Notes: a model not told the origin generated them from the sequence alone. Numbered from the stretch's first letter, positions 38,096 through 51,581 are shown. The stretch is 64,000 nucleotides of DNA from Octopus vulgaris (GCA_951406725.2 OX597825.1:7998001-8062000), one strand, 5' to 3'. Program-made: numbers and translations.

Positions 38096-39377
38096 AGTGT
38101 GAGGACCAAAATAATTTGAAATATTTTATTCGAATCTCATCTGGACACTCCAAGAAGGGAAGCCAAGAATCCTTGAACCAATTGGGAATATTTACTTAAA
38201 GTGCAAAGAATGAAATTTCATATTCTTCATTAATATACAACAGCTATTAAGAATAAGCGAAGAATATCCGGCGCAACCTCTGAATGAAAGAAATCGATAA
38301 TTCATGCCCGAATAATGTCATTGCTTTAATAAACTGCATTAAGGTGTTTCTGTTACCTAATCCACTTTACAACGCTAGGTTTTACACTCAGGAATCATAT
38401 AAATTGAGGAAGCATAATTGCAGGCTAACCTCAGAAGATTTCAGATGGTCTCCAAAGGAGAGTATTTTGATTAGTTATCCTGTAACGCACATTTGTTAGC
38501 CAGTATCCATAAACGATGGCTCAACTATATGGTGCAGTCATTTTATAACTTTTGTCGTTAGCATTCCATTATTTCTGAAATGCTAAGATGTGCAACACGT
38601 ATAGTTTTTTCTTCATTCCCGATCACAACTAGATTTTGGTAAAGTATTCCACACATAAAGAAGGAAAAAAAAGGGTCATAATAACAAATTCGGTTGCAAG
38701 GCTTTCGTTTTTGATGCACAATCGAATTACAGGGATCTCTTTAATTTTATCAGTTTCTAAGTAAAATATAAAAAAAACGCAATCGGAACAGTGAAAGTCC
38801 TCGGTTACTGCGTTACTCTCTGTTTATGCCTCGAAGGTAATATTTGATAAAAATGTCGCTTTTTACTCCTGAAATCGTCAGTAAAATAGTTATCAAATTT
38901 GTTTAGCAAATGCACAGGAAGAAAAAGAAATGAATCCGCGATACTATTTAGTTTTGCCCATGTGGCAAACAGTAGATTTTGAATGTTGCGTCCGTGAAAA
39001 GCGTTTATTGTTAGAAATCCTGACTTCACGTTTGGAAATAATCCTAATTTGGAGATATCGATAAAATAGTCAGAGAGTAATTCAGTTAGAAAAAGCAATA
39101 GCAAAAATGACGAAATATTAACGTGGACGCATTCTTTATTAACGAATAAAAATGGCGAAAAAATACTGTAGTGGATTAACTGCTTAGTGAGAGCAGTGTT
39201 TGCTTCCACACGCTGCTGCTTCGTAACAATGCATTTTCAAGCCGTTCAGTAATAAAACATCCATTAAAAATGAAGGATAACCGATATGTCTACATATAGA
39301 AAACCTAGTCGCACTTCCACACGTACAAACACACGCACGCACAGAAACACACATGCATATCATACATGCTGCTATTA

Positions 39378-39580
39378 CATATGCATATATTCGTGACTGT
39401 ATATGTGCATATGTGCATTTTCCATAAAAGCCCGAATATATACATACATGTATACATACATACATATACATATATACATATATATATGTGTGTGTGTGTG
39501 TGTGTATGCATGTATGTATGTATGTATGTATATGTGCATATGTGCATTTTCTATAAAGGCACGAATATATACATACACAC

Positions 39581-39649
<69 letters not shown>

Positions 39650-39760
39650 TGTGTGTGTATGTATGTATATATATATGCATATATTCGTGACTGTATGTGT
39701 GCATTTGTGAATTTTCTATAAAAGGCCCGAATATATACATACATATACATATATATCTCT
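39378..39760. repeat. Local triplication of a ~45-70-bp unit interleaved with (TA)/(TG) tracts
   Basis: gtgcat...ttt(c)cataaa(a/g)gc(c/a)cgaatatatacataca at about 39405, 39535 and 39699. Confidence 0.85.
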
Positions 39761-40369
39761 ATATATATATGTATGTGCGTGTGTCTGTGTGTCTCTGTGT
39801 GTGTGTGTATGAGTGTATGTATGTATGTATGCATGTGTATGCAAACACGCATACATATGGCTATCGCATGAGTGTGTGTGCGTTTCTGTACAGACCTATA
39901 TGTCATACGCTTTATGGCGTTGCACGATGCGATACACACAAAGCCATAGTAAAGTTCATTATAAATACTGTTTCATGCAACAATTCTCTCAGATTACCGA
40001 TGCACGTGGTGGGCACAAAAGGAAAGCCACTAGGTTATGCATTAACGGAACACAATGAAAACAATTCAATGATACGGACGATGAAAAGACATGGCTTATT
40101 AATATAGATGTGGGAGCATTTTTTTTTCTAATAGAAAAAGACGTACATAACCACCATTATTAATGGCTTAGTGGCCGTTGGTGGTAACATTATAGCAGCA
40201 GCGGTTGCTGCTGCTGTCCTTAAATTGTTCCGCGTAGTTATTCCCAAATGTATGTGGCTTCTGTTTAATTACAAAGTACTGCATATGTGATTAATAAATA
40301 TGCATATAACCTAAGCCTTCCGCACCACAAATACACGCATATTTTAATACATACATCCATATTATATAA

Positions 40370-40443
40370 TTATATATATATATATATATATAAATACACA
40401 CACACTCACACACATATATGTATATATGCATATATATATATGT

Positions 40444-40482
<39 letters not shown>

Positions 40483-40514
40483 TATGTACATATATATAAA
40501 TATATACACATCTT

Positions 40515-40549
<35 letters not shown>

Positions 40550-40606
40550 TCATGTGCTTGCACATATCATGTTTACATGCATATATGTGTGGGTATATAT
40601 ATATGT

Positions 40607-40676
<70 letters not shown>

Positions 40677-40790
40677 ATGTATAGGTATATATATATGTGT
40701 GTGTATATATGTATATATATAATCTTATATATATATATAATAATATATAATTACATATATATATATGTGTGTGTGTGTCTGTGTAAGTAT
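40370..40790. repeat. Degenerate (TA)n microsatellite field
   Basis: Directly visible. Confidence 0.95.
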
Positions 40791-41805
40791 AAGTATGTGC
40801 TCTCACTTGGAAGTACCCAGGCCTGTATATGCATAGCTGTGTATGAATTAATATAACCATGTGCGTATGCATGAATGCCAGTATGTATGTAAGTATGTAT
40901 GTATGTGCGTGTGTGTATGCTGGCGCATATGTATGCGTATGTATGTAATAAAATCCGGAATCCAGTGTGATTTCAGTCGATCTGTGTCGTCAGAGAAAAT
41001 TCCTTACAAATTCGTAAAAGTGTTCAATGAGCTGATTTGCTGGACGGGAGTGAAAAAAGGAGAAAAAAAGAACCTAAAATGTCAAAGAATTGTCCATCAT
41101 TTTGAAGAGAGGTTATGCTGTTTCTATAGCCTTTTGTCACACACAAAAAAGGGATTCCTGTATGGAAGCAGTGGAGTAGAAGAGCGTGATGTTTGTTACT
41201 TCTGGAACGTGTGTGTTTGTGTTTGTGTGTGTGTGTGTGCGTGTGTGTGTGTCTGTGTGTGTGTGTACGCTTCCACTAGAATGGGGAAGAAATATAGGTT
41301 AATGAAGGTGTTATCCATGTCGGAAACGTTTCATTCGCAAGTTGAAAGGAGACGGAGACAGTGAAAGTGAAATGATCTGGGATTGGGCTATACGGAGGGG
41401 TTACTGTGTTACTGGGATTATTCAGCATTTAAATGAAGTGCCTATAAACAGAGAATACGACTGAGAAAAACAAAGAGAAATGAATCGGAAGTCATTAAGA
41501 AATGATCAGAAACAGGCTGAGAACGGTGCACCGGGAAGTGGATGACTGTAGGTGTGACGAGATATGAGAAAAATAGTGCGGAGTGTTGAAATAACAAAAA
41601 CAAAAAAGGTGAGGGGAGAACAGTCTCATTTACAGGCTATTCAGATATTCAGATATATATAATGTGCACAGGTTATTCAGATATATATCTGTAATGTGTG
41701 ACCAAAGCTGAATACAAAATAGACACCTGATATGTGTGTGTGTGTATGTATCTGTGTATGTGTTTATCTGTGTCTGTGAGAGAGAGTGTATGCATGTGAG
41801 TGTAA

Positions 41806-41848
<43 letters not shown>

Positions 41849-41849
<1 letters not shown>

Positions 41850-41910
41850 GAGGGTGAGTCAAAATGTAATGCCATTTTGTTTAGGACAGGTATAATTACC
41901 AACACATGGA
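41849..41910 (+). mobile_element. Solo mariner-like terminal inverted repeat in a (TA)n tract
   Basis: TA-CGAGGGTGAGTCAAAA resembles mariner termini beginning CGAGGG; no partner end seen. Confidence 0.45.
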
Positions 41911-41924
41911 CATGTATCATACAT

Positions 41925-42058
41925 GGAAGCTGGTCTTCTGTGGATCAAATCCACTCACAAGACTTAGGTCGGCCCGACGTTATAGTAGAAGACGCTTGCC
42001 CAAGGTACCACGCAGTGGGACCGAACACGGAACCATGTGGTTGGGAAGCAAACTTTTC
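41925..42058 (-). mobile_element. SINE family B 5' part
   Basis: caaatccactcacaag...cacgcagtggga...ggaaccatgtggttgggaagc. Confidence 0.8.
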
Positions 42059-42159
42059 ATCACTTTATTTCATTTCAAATTTCCGTCATTGGATTATACC
42101 GCGCATGTAGCAAATATTGGAAGGGTTTAAACGCTTTAATCGACTACACCGCAACATCA

Positions 42160-42161
42160 GT

Positions 42162-42222
<61 letters not shown>

Positions 42223-42233
42223 TGTGAGCGTGC

Positions 42234-42264
<31 letters not shown>

Positions 42265-42284
42265 AGTGTGTGTATGTGTGTGTG
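42160..42284. repeat. (TG)n microsatellite
   Basis: Directly visible. Confidence 0.97.
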
Positions 42285-43104
42285 CAATGTTCCTCTCAGT
42301 TAGCAGAGGGGAACTGACCCCGAAACACATGACTGCAAGGCGAACTGCTTAGCCAAAATTTCATTCCTCCGCCTATATATCCACGTATTTATATATATTT
42401 ATACCTACTTAAATTTGCTGAGGTATGCACATTTTACACATGCCATTAAGATTCTGCATTTTGTGAGCTTAATCCTTTAATTTTGCATATCTCAGTGTAT
42501 GCTTCGCAACATATAACTTGAGGTGTATTGAAACATATATTCACTTTGCTTAAAATAACACCATATTATCTTATATATCTATATTCACATGTCTCAATAT
42601 ATTCTAACATATAGATTGATATAAGCTGTAATGTTCTCTACTGTTACACATTAAAAAGAAATGCACTTAGCTAGACGCTCATTTATGAATAATTTATGTT
42701 TTATATCATGTTTATGTTTGTGGGTTAAATTCATGAGAAGACACTTAAAGTATATTTAACATAAATTATATCTTATTTTAAATCATTTTCAAAAATTTAC
42801 CATTATGTCTTTTAAAATTACAGACAAATAACAATGATGTAGCACATCATAACATACTCGTATAGAAAAACAAAATATACCATGTTCACAAGTAATTAAA
42901 TTCAGAAACTAATATAAAATATAATGGAAAATATAATAACAAAATATAATAACATATGTAATGAATTGATACAGAACATAAAATATATATTTTGATAAAA
43001 TGGATTTCGTTATGCTTTTAATTTTACTACATTAACCTTTCCCCCGTTCTTTCAAAATCTGTGGTAGAGTAATTGAAAACCCACGCACACAACGAAATAA
43101 AAAC

Positions 43105-43105
<1 letters not shown>

Positions 43106-43184
<79 letters not shown>

Positions 43185-43261
43185 ATATATGTATATGGAT
43201 ATATATATACATATATATATATATATGTATGTATGTATGTATATATATGTATAAGTATATA

Positions 43262-43330
<69 letters not shown>
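43106..43330. repeat. (TA)n microsatellite
   Basis: Directly visible. Confidence 0.97.
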
Positions 43331-43331
<1 letters not shown>

Positions 43332-43729
43332 TCACTCAGACACGTAGAAAATAAATCTAAGCACATGCAAATAACCCACGTGTACAAACAGAAATAGCAA
43401 CAGCTATACAACAAATAGATATTTTGACTTTCATTAATATTCATTATTTTCTTAAGCGTTGGTAAATTCAATAGAATTATTACCTTTGCAATTCCACTAT
43501 CTGAGTAACTCACCTCTGATGTCTACTCTTTCAGCATTGAGTTTTTATCGATAACGCATGAGCACGTTCTTAAAATTTCACATTTGAATAACAAAATTAT
43601 TTGTCTTTCACAAAACTTACCCCACATTTATAATTTACTCCCTTAAAACATTTATTAAAGTAAAACTTGCATTTTGTTAATGTATAAGACTTAAAACGTT
43701 TATATTTGAACTGTTAGAAACCAGAATAA

Positions 43730-44380
43730 TCTGATAGTCACAGATATCAATCTCGTGTCTCCTTTCCTGAAAATAGGAAAAGCCATTCTCATCGTACTTG
43801 TGACTATGGTGAAAGAATGGGTATGGTGGACGCGTCTGAAAGGTCTAGAGACAAACACTTTCCTCTCTGGTCAATCTCTCATCAACTTCCTCAAGTATCA
43901 CTTGAAGAGGAAGGTGAGAGTAGAGAGGGAAGTTTTGTCTAGTGAATGCTTAAAAAAAAAGATGGGTGAATGTAGCAAGGATGACCCGTGTGAATGACGG
44001 AGCCAGCTTGAGCATAATCCTATGAACCAAAAAAAAAAAAAAATAATAAAATAACGTAAGGAAACAAGAGAGCCACTTACTGTAATGTTTTTTTTTTTTT
44101 GCATGAGACTATTGTCCAATGTTCCCGAGGGTTTTTCCGTAGACTTTCTTTTCCACGGATACACCTAATCTGTTTTCCCTTTTTACATTGAGATTTCTGC
44201 GATACACGATCCCTTTTGATCGGCCCCCACCTATCTTTTTTTCTCACGATCCCTTTTGATCGGAATTCGACCCAATTTTTCTTTCTTTCTTTCTTTTTTC
44301 TCTTCTTCTTCGCAAAGGGAAAACTCTACTTTGTATTTTGTCCCTTTCGTCTTCAGTCATGTGTGGCCAATAAAGAAACA
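43730..44380 (+). mobile_element. 5'-truncated L1/Tx1-like LINE: ORF2 C-terminus plus 3' UTR
   Basis: VKEWVWWTRLKG...FLKYHLKRKVRVERE...(frameshift)RWVNVA fits the L1/Tx1 C-terminal pattern KxxIWxxR....xW. A pyrimidine-rich UTR ends AATAAAGAAA just before (TATC)n. Confidence 0.6.
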
Positions 44381-44458
<78 letters not shown>

Positions 44459-44469
44459 GTTATCTATCT
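44381..44469. repeat. (TATC)n microsatellite
   Basis: Directly visible. Confidence 0.98.
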
Positions 44470-45033
44470 GTTCATATACATACGTATATATGTATAGACA
44501 CACACACAGTGGCACACATACATACAAGCATGCACACACACATCATATATAGCTTAATAAATATACACGCTACACCATGGCTGCAGCCTAGGAAAATGGG
44601 GAATAACCTGTGAACAAAAATACCCGTGTACAAAATCCGATTAAGGGATTACTGAAAAGGTTGTAAAAAGCTCGAGTCCCAGGCAAGAAGAAATCTCTAA
44701 TACAGCTTTAGGAGTGAGACTTTTAACACTTCATATGAAAATTTCTTTGAATCGGCAACCATGATCCCAAATATAAGTATATATATATATTTATGTATTA
44801 TTCAACGAAATTTCAACTCTGTCTGTTTTTTGTTTTATTTATTTTTTTAATAATATTAATGTAGAATATAGAATATATAGTATAAATAGTATATATATAT
44901 AGTAAGATGATATGAAGTATTGGTTGTCTTATTGAATAGATGAAATATTGAACATACAACATTAAGGGACTAGTATACTTTCTTGCATTATAGCAGACTT
45001 CACGGTCCCAGGTTGTGAGAGGAGTGTTTTAAC

Positions 45034-45078
<45 letters not shown>

Positions 45079-45134
45079 GTACTTAGTTCTATATAAAACT
45101 TTGCTGTCTCTCGTTAATTTCTCTCCTTTCAATT

Positions 45135-45172
45135 TTTCACTGAAGATAGAATGTCTCCGAAACGTTGGTTTA
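45135..45172 (+). ncRNA. Degenerate minimal hammerhead-like motif
   Basis: CUGAAGA u AGA aug UCU cc GAAACGUU; stem I not convincing. Confidence 0.3.
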
Positions 45173-47157
45173 TCCACTCCTCACAGCAAGTTTACTGTAA
45201 TCATTGTATTGATTTTCCTACATAATATTATACGTTGCCCTCGCAGAACAAGACCAGCCTCATTGCCGTCTATTTGGTCATATATGAATACATACCAACA
45301 TAAATGTATGCATACATACATAATACATACATACATACATATGTGTGCATATTTCTATCTCTACAAAATGACGCTATTATAACATGTTTGATACTTATCG
45401 CATTTTTAGCAGAGTGTATCAACCATTTTAATTGTAGTAATCAATCATTGTAAGCTCCACCCACTACTAAGTGTTTTATAAATATTTCTTTGTTACGAAT
45501 CTCTGTGATGATGTAAGCTTTCGCTTTATCAGTTTTGTAATTCCTAGGTGTGTCAGCCCAGTGATAAAATCCCAAAATATATATATTCATTTGGTATTTG
45601 ATAGAAGAGCACTGGCTACTGGTCGTTTATATCTGCGAAGTTATCTTCATATGAGTCTGATTATATTCTTCACGGGTTCGAGTTCAGGTATTGATGAACA
45701 ATAGTTAAAATAGGAATTATATAATAGGTAATTCGATACCAGGAGAAAGTTCATTGTTATATTCGTTTTAATATTGATTTCATGTCAGAAATACAGATTA
45801 ATCTTAATTCAACATTTGATATGTATCGCGTGACGCAAGATAAGTGCGTCTATAATGAGTTTTTCGTCCTGTGTATATCGGTATTTGAAAATTAATTATT
45901 GCAGTAATATTCACTGCAAGGAAATTAGCCCCTACTCATTTGTTTGAAGGTTTTGTGAAAGGGTTACTGTTTATTCTCGGTTGTATTTATAACTAACAAC
46001 GCAACAACGGAAGATAAGTTTGCGTTTGACGAAGGATTCTCGGTAAAAGTAGTTGTACAGTCACATTATCCGACTAAATGACATACGCGTGGTACTACAT
46101 ATGCCGCCAGAATTTCTATCGTCTCTTGTGGCTTGGAATGAGCATTCTTTTGCCTTGAATCTAAATTACATTGAAGAAAGAATCACAGAACAAAGGTCAC
46201 TTTCCCGTTCCTTAATCCCGGGTCACCTGACAGAATCCATACTAGGGATGCACGGCGATATCCAATACATTGTATGTGTCTCACCGTGCTCTGTGGTATT
46301 CGACACAGACTGACGTTAATGGTTGTCGTTTTTCAGTGTGTTGAAACTTGCTGGTCGCGCAATCTATCGAAAATCCGGGTTTGTATGTATCTTAAAAGAA
46401 ATATACAATACTGAAGATTATTTCATTTTCCAGGATTGATCCACTCTTTAACAGACTTTAATTTTCATTTAAAAAGTTGGTCAAAAAATAACTCTTTTCA
46501 TCAAGCCGGACTTCGATTTCCCAGTTTAGTCGGCAAAACTCCGGTTCTACAAGGTTGCATATAGCATGTAGCGCTAACGAAATACCTGAAAGTGAAATCT
46601 TCAAGCAGATGAGTATTGTGATTTTGGACAGAAAATATAACCTAACAGTGTTATCCTGTTCTATTTCGATGTAAGCGTTTCGTTTAAAGGAGTTTAAATT
46701 GAGCTTGAAAATCCTTCTGGTTGTACGGAAGTCTAGATTATATACATTCGATGAAATAATTGTAATTAATCATTTCATATTATTGGAAGCTTAACTAATG
46801 TTTCATGTTAATCTTTTCGTCTGTGGAGTGATTTACAGAATGCAGGGATAAACCACACACGCTGTTACCATATATTTCTTTCGGTAATAAATCTATGTCA
46901 CCATTCGTGGATTTAAGTTGATTTTCATTTACATAGGATCTACGATACATTAGGAATCAACAAGTGTTAAATATGGTATTTCGTGCACATCCACGCTCAG
47001 GCGCTCACACACTCTCTAACGAGCGCACTCTCGTATAAGTACGGATGAATGTAAGTTTTATATACATGTTTGCCTTCAGAAAATTTTAACGTGTGCTATA
47101 AGGCGAGTCTAGCAAATATACATATTCTTGGCCTTGATGGTGGTTGAAAGTAAATTT

Positions 47158-47158
47158 A

Positions 47159-47234
<76 letters not shown>

Positions 47235-47253
47235 GTATTTATCAATCCATCTA

Positions 47254-47296
<43 letters not shown>

Positions 47297-47438
47297 ATGG
47301 ATGGATATATATATATATATATATATATATGTCTATCAATCTACCTATCTATCAATCCATGTATATATATATATATATATATATATATTGTGTGTGTGTG
47401 TGTGTGTATGTATATAAATATATATATATATATGTTTG

Positions 47439-47500
<62 letters not shown>
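47158..47500. repeat. (TATC)n-(TA)n-(TG)n compound microsatellite
   Basis: Directly visible. Confidence 0.96.
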
Positions 47501-47501
<1 letters not shown>

Positions 47502-47514
47502 GTGTGTGTGTATG

Positions 47515-47700
47515 ATGTGTGTCTTGGCAACCGATGCTGGTGTGTTTACGTCCCCGTAACTTAGCAGTTCGGAAAAAGAAACCGATACAATATGTACTAG
47601 GATTACAAAGAATAATTCCTGGGGTCGATTTGCTCAACTAAAAGGCGGTGCTCCTGCATGGCCAAAATCAAATGACTGAAGCAAGTAGAAGAGTAAAAGA

Positions 47701-47702
<2 letters not shown>
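47515..47702 (+). mobile_element. SINE family B 3' half
   Basis: caaccgatgctggtgtgtttacgtccccgtaacttagc...aagagtaaaagag. Confidence 0.88.
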
Positions 47703-47739
<37 letters not shown>

Positions 47740-47744
<5 letters not shown>

Positions 47745-47827
47745 TTCCTTATTGCCCACAAGGGGCTAAACATAGAGGGGACAAACAAGGACAGACAAAC
47801 GGATTAAGTCGATTACATCGATTACAT
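47740..47827 (-). mobile_element. SINE family A tail-1 fragment
   Basis: cccacaaggggctaaacatagaggggacaaacaaggacagacaaacggattaagtcgat. Confidence 0.88.
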
Positions 47828-48232
47828 CTCTTTTACTCTTTTACTTGTTTCAGTCAGTTGACTGCGGTCATGCTGGAGCACCGCCTTTAGTCGAGCAAAT
47901 CGACCCCGGGACTTATTCTTTGTAAGCCCAGTACTTATTCTATCGGTCTCTTTTGCCGAACCGCTAAGTGACGGGGACGTAAACACACCAGCATCGGTTG
48001 TGAAGCAATGCTAGGGGGGACAAACACAGACACACACAAACACACACACACACACATATATATATACATATATACGACAGGATTCTTTCAGTTTCCGTCT
48101 ACCAAATCTACTCACAAGGCATTGGTCGGCCCGGGGCTATAGCAGAAGACACTTACCCAAGATGCCAAGCAGTGGGACTGAACCCGGAACCGTGTGGTTG
48201 TTAAGCAAGCTACTTACCACACAGCCACTCCT
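47828..48232 (-). mobile_element. SINE family B, young near-full copy
   Basis: Shares diagnostic bases with 14063-14480. Confidence 0.92.
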
Positions 48233-48954
48233 GAAATATTACAGGAAGTATTTTACGACTGATCAGGAAAGATATGTAATGTAGCTACTTGGCGAGATAA
48301 TTCATGAAAATGATCTCTTTTGAATTATTGTATCCAAGCAACCAAGCCAGAAAAACAAAAATGAACCCTTACAAAACAATGAAAGATGCTAAAATATATA
48401 TATTGAAGCAGGTCCTGCTTCGTTATATAATTTATATCCTACAGAGTGGCTTCCAGCTAGATATACAATACAGAACTCTTTTATAATATTTGATTAAACG
48501 TACATAGAGAATAGATTGAATTACAAACGGTATCGAACCCAAATTATTTTTTTATATTGTGACTTTATTTTCCTAATTTATGAATGTTGTAACAATATTT
48601 AATGCCTGTTCGTGCAAAACATGAAATTGCACAGAATATGGGATTTTCGTAGGACTTCCGAATTTATGTAGGACTTCCAACATTTTCCTAGGCCTTCCAA
48701 CTTTTTTTTATTTACAGTAATGACTACATCCTCCTCCATTTTCTTATTTTTCCGATCCTATTTCCTAAAATTTACATGTTCAGATGTCATCGATATCTTG
48801 TGAGAAAATGCGTTTATTTCGAAATACGTTGTTATGTGTACGTTGCAAAGAGAAAAAGGAGAAAAGTGGCACAAGAGTAAACTGCTTTGTAATGAAATTT
48901 CAATGGGTTGACCACATCAAATGGAAAAGAAACCTCTCCCTCTGGCGCTCTGTC

Positions 48955-48973
48955 TTTGTCTGTCTGTCTGTCT

Positions 48974-49015
<42 letters not shown>
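48955..49015. repeat. (TGTC)n-(CT)n microsatellite
   Basis: Directly visible. Confidence 0.95.
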
Positions 49016-49017
<2 letters not shown>

Positions 49018-49312
49018 TTCCACATCCTTTATTTTCCTCTTTTTCTTTTTCGTAATTTTACTGAAACCTTTTCTCTGTCTATTTTTCTCCTTCTCTTCCC
49101 CCTTTTTTCCCCAAAGAAAAAAAAACCCAAAATATTTTTCTCTTCTAAACAAAGCAAAAAACATCCGATTCATATAAATGAACAAGGAAACGTTTTGTTT
49201 GTATTATTCTTGTGTTCGATAAAGGAATGAAAGCGCTAATAGAGAATTATCCAAAATTCTGACTGCCTGCTGTTTCTGAATATACAATGACTGTATACTA
49301 CTTCAAACACTC

Positions 49313-49414
49313 TATACATACATACATACATACATACAAACATACATACATACATATATACATGCATACATACATGCATGCAGGCATACATACATACATA
49401 CATACATACATACA

Positions 49415-49445
<31 letters not shown>
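49313..49445. repeat. (CATA)n microsatellite
   Basis: Directly visible. Confidence 0.97.
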
Positions 49446-49584
49446 GTATGTGTGTGTTGCGTGTGTGTGTATCCAGGAGTAAAAACTACTACTCAAAGTT
49501 TCACGTTCCCGTTTGTCGGGCAGCTGTGATCAAGAATGGAATAAAGTTGTGATTGTACATGTAATATATAAATTGATATCGCAG

Positions 49585-49709
49585 CGTTACTCATTTTTGC
49601 GAGCTGAGTGGACTGGAGCAACGTGAAATGAAGTATTTTCCAGCAATCGAAACCACAATCTTACGATCATGATGCTGACACCATAATCACTAAATCATGC
49701 GCCTCCACG
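49585..49709 (-). mobile_element. SINE family D 5' fragment (a further relic lies at about 49870-50070)
   Basis: gctgagtggactggagcaacgtgaaatgaagt and tRNA-like gcgcctccac end. Confidence 0.7.
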
Positions 49710-50710
49710 CACACTAACTATACTGGTGCTTAACTTCTTGCGAACGGTAAAACTATCAGGACATAATTCGCACTCTTCACAAACCAATGGAGTGTGATGT
49801 TGACCACAAAGAGGATGGGTGAGTTTAATCTGGTCAGAACGTGGCTCTTATTTCTTCCCATTTTCCTTGCAGAGATGCCGCTACGGTGAGTAGGTGGGGA
49901 GGCCAACATTTCAGTGCAATGGAATATTAATCCGTCGCAGAATTACTGAGTTAAATGGAGCAATGTGAAATGATGTTTTGCTCAAGAACACAAAGCACCA
50001 GCAGTGAGGGAACGAAACCTTTATCATGTGGACGTAAATAGAACACTTTATCCAGTCGGCACTGAACCTTCACAGACACACACACACATGGATGTGTACA
50101 TACATATGTATGTTTGTGTGTGTGTGTGGTTGTAATTTGACTAAAATTAATATAGATCGAACATATATTCTCGGAAAAAGACTTTCTACAGTGAAGAGAA
50201 AAAAATGTCTCGAAAATTGGTTTAGAAAGAAATTCACTCATTCACATTACTTGATCGTTCAAAGTTTTTCTATTCTTATATAATATGTCCCAAACATAAA
50301 ATTTAATTTTCTACAATAATTACTTTTTGGTTCTATTGTTTTTGCTAAAATAATTACTCATAGATTTTGTTTCAATTTCATTGTGAAGTCTATTTGTATT
50401 TTATTGTTCAATAATCATAAAGATTAATTTAAATTCTAATTTAAATTTTAGTGCTGTGTTATTTGATTCTATTTTATGGTTTGTTCTGCACTTAGAGTGA
50501 TCAGATGCCTACTTCGGAACCTCGGAACTTTCTGCTCTCGACTGTCATTAAACGATTTCTACAATTCGGCTTGCCCCCTTTTTCAGCTTTGAATATTCTT
50601 GGAGATCCTACATTTCAGAAATTGTATTTAGAAGAGGATTTTAATTATCGAAATATAAATCAATGAGAAGTTGCGAATGTAATTTTCAATTTGGGACATG
50701 CAAAATGCAT

Positions 50711-50821
<111 letters not shown>

Positions 50822-50822
50822 T

Positions 50823-51280
50823 AGGCACAGGCGTGGCTGTGTTGTAAGAAGCTTGCTTCCCAACCACACGGTTTCAAGTTAAGTCGTTCAATCCCTCTGC
50901 GTGGCACCTTGCATAATTTGTCTTCTGTTATAGCCTCGAGCTAAACAAAGCCTTTTGGTAGACGGAAACTTAAACACACACATTGTCAAGCAGGGACCAA
51001 ACACATATGCAAAGACACACACGCGCACACACATGTATAGGCAGGTGTGTATGTATGTTTTTGTATCTTTGTTTGGTCCGCACCACTGTTTGACAATCGT
51101 TGCTGGTGTGTTTGCGGTTCGTTAGTTACCGGTTCGGCAAAATAGTTAAATGGAATAATTACCAGGCTTTATAGAAAAGTGCTAGAGGTCGCTTCATTCG
51201 ACAAAATAAAAAAAATATTTCAGTGGGTGCCCCAGCATGGTTGCAGTCTAATGACTTAATCAAGTGAAGGTTAAAAGATA
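50823..51280 (+). mobile_element. SINE family B, diverged copy
   Basis: aggcacaggcgtggctgtgttgtaagaagcttgcttcccaacc head and cccagcatggttgcagtctaatgact tail. Confidence 0.8.
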
Positions 51281-51282
51281 CG

Positions 51283-51380
<98 letters not shown>

Positions 51381-51381
<1 letters not shown>

Positions 51382-51581
51382 CGGGAATGTTTACGAAAAT
51401 AAACAAAAAACGTAGGCAGGTGGAGTAGAAACAAACAAATGTATTAGTATGGCGCTGAGGAATAGAAATAGAACAAGTCTTTTAGGTTTCGAGCCTACGC
51501 TCTTCGACAGAAAGATACACAGAAAAAAACAAGGAGAGAAAAAAATGCGTGTAGGAGCTAACGATGTATCATGGCGTCCTG

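Noticed and set aside
48648-48702. Three copies of tagg(a/c)cttcc(a/g)a
   Set aside because: Too short to assign; possibly a subterminal repeat of an unrecognised transposon
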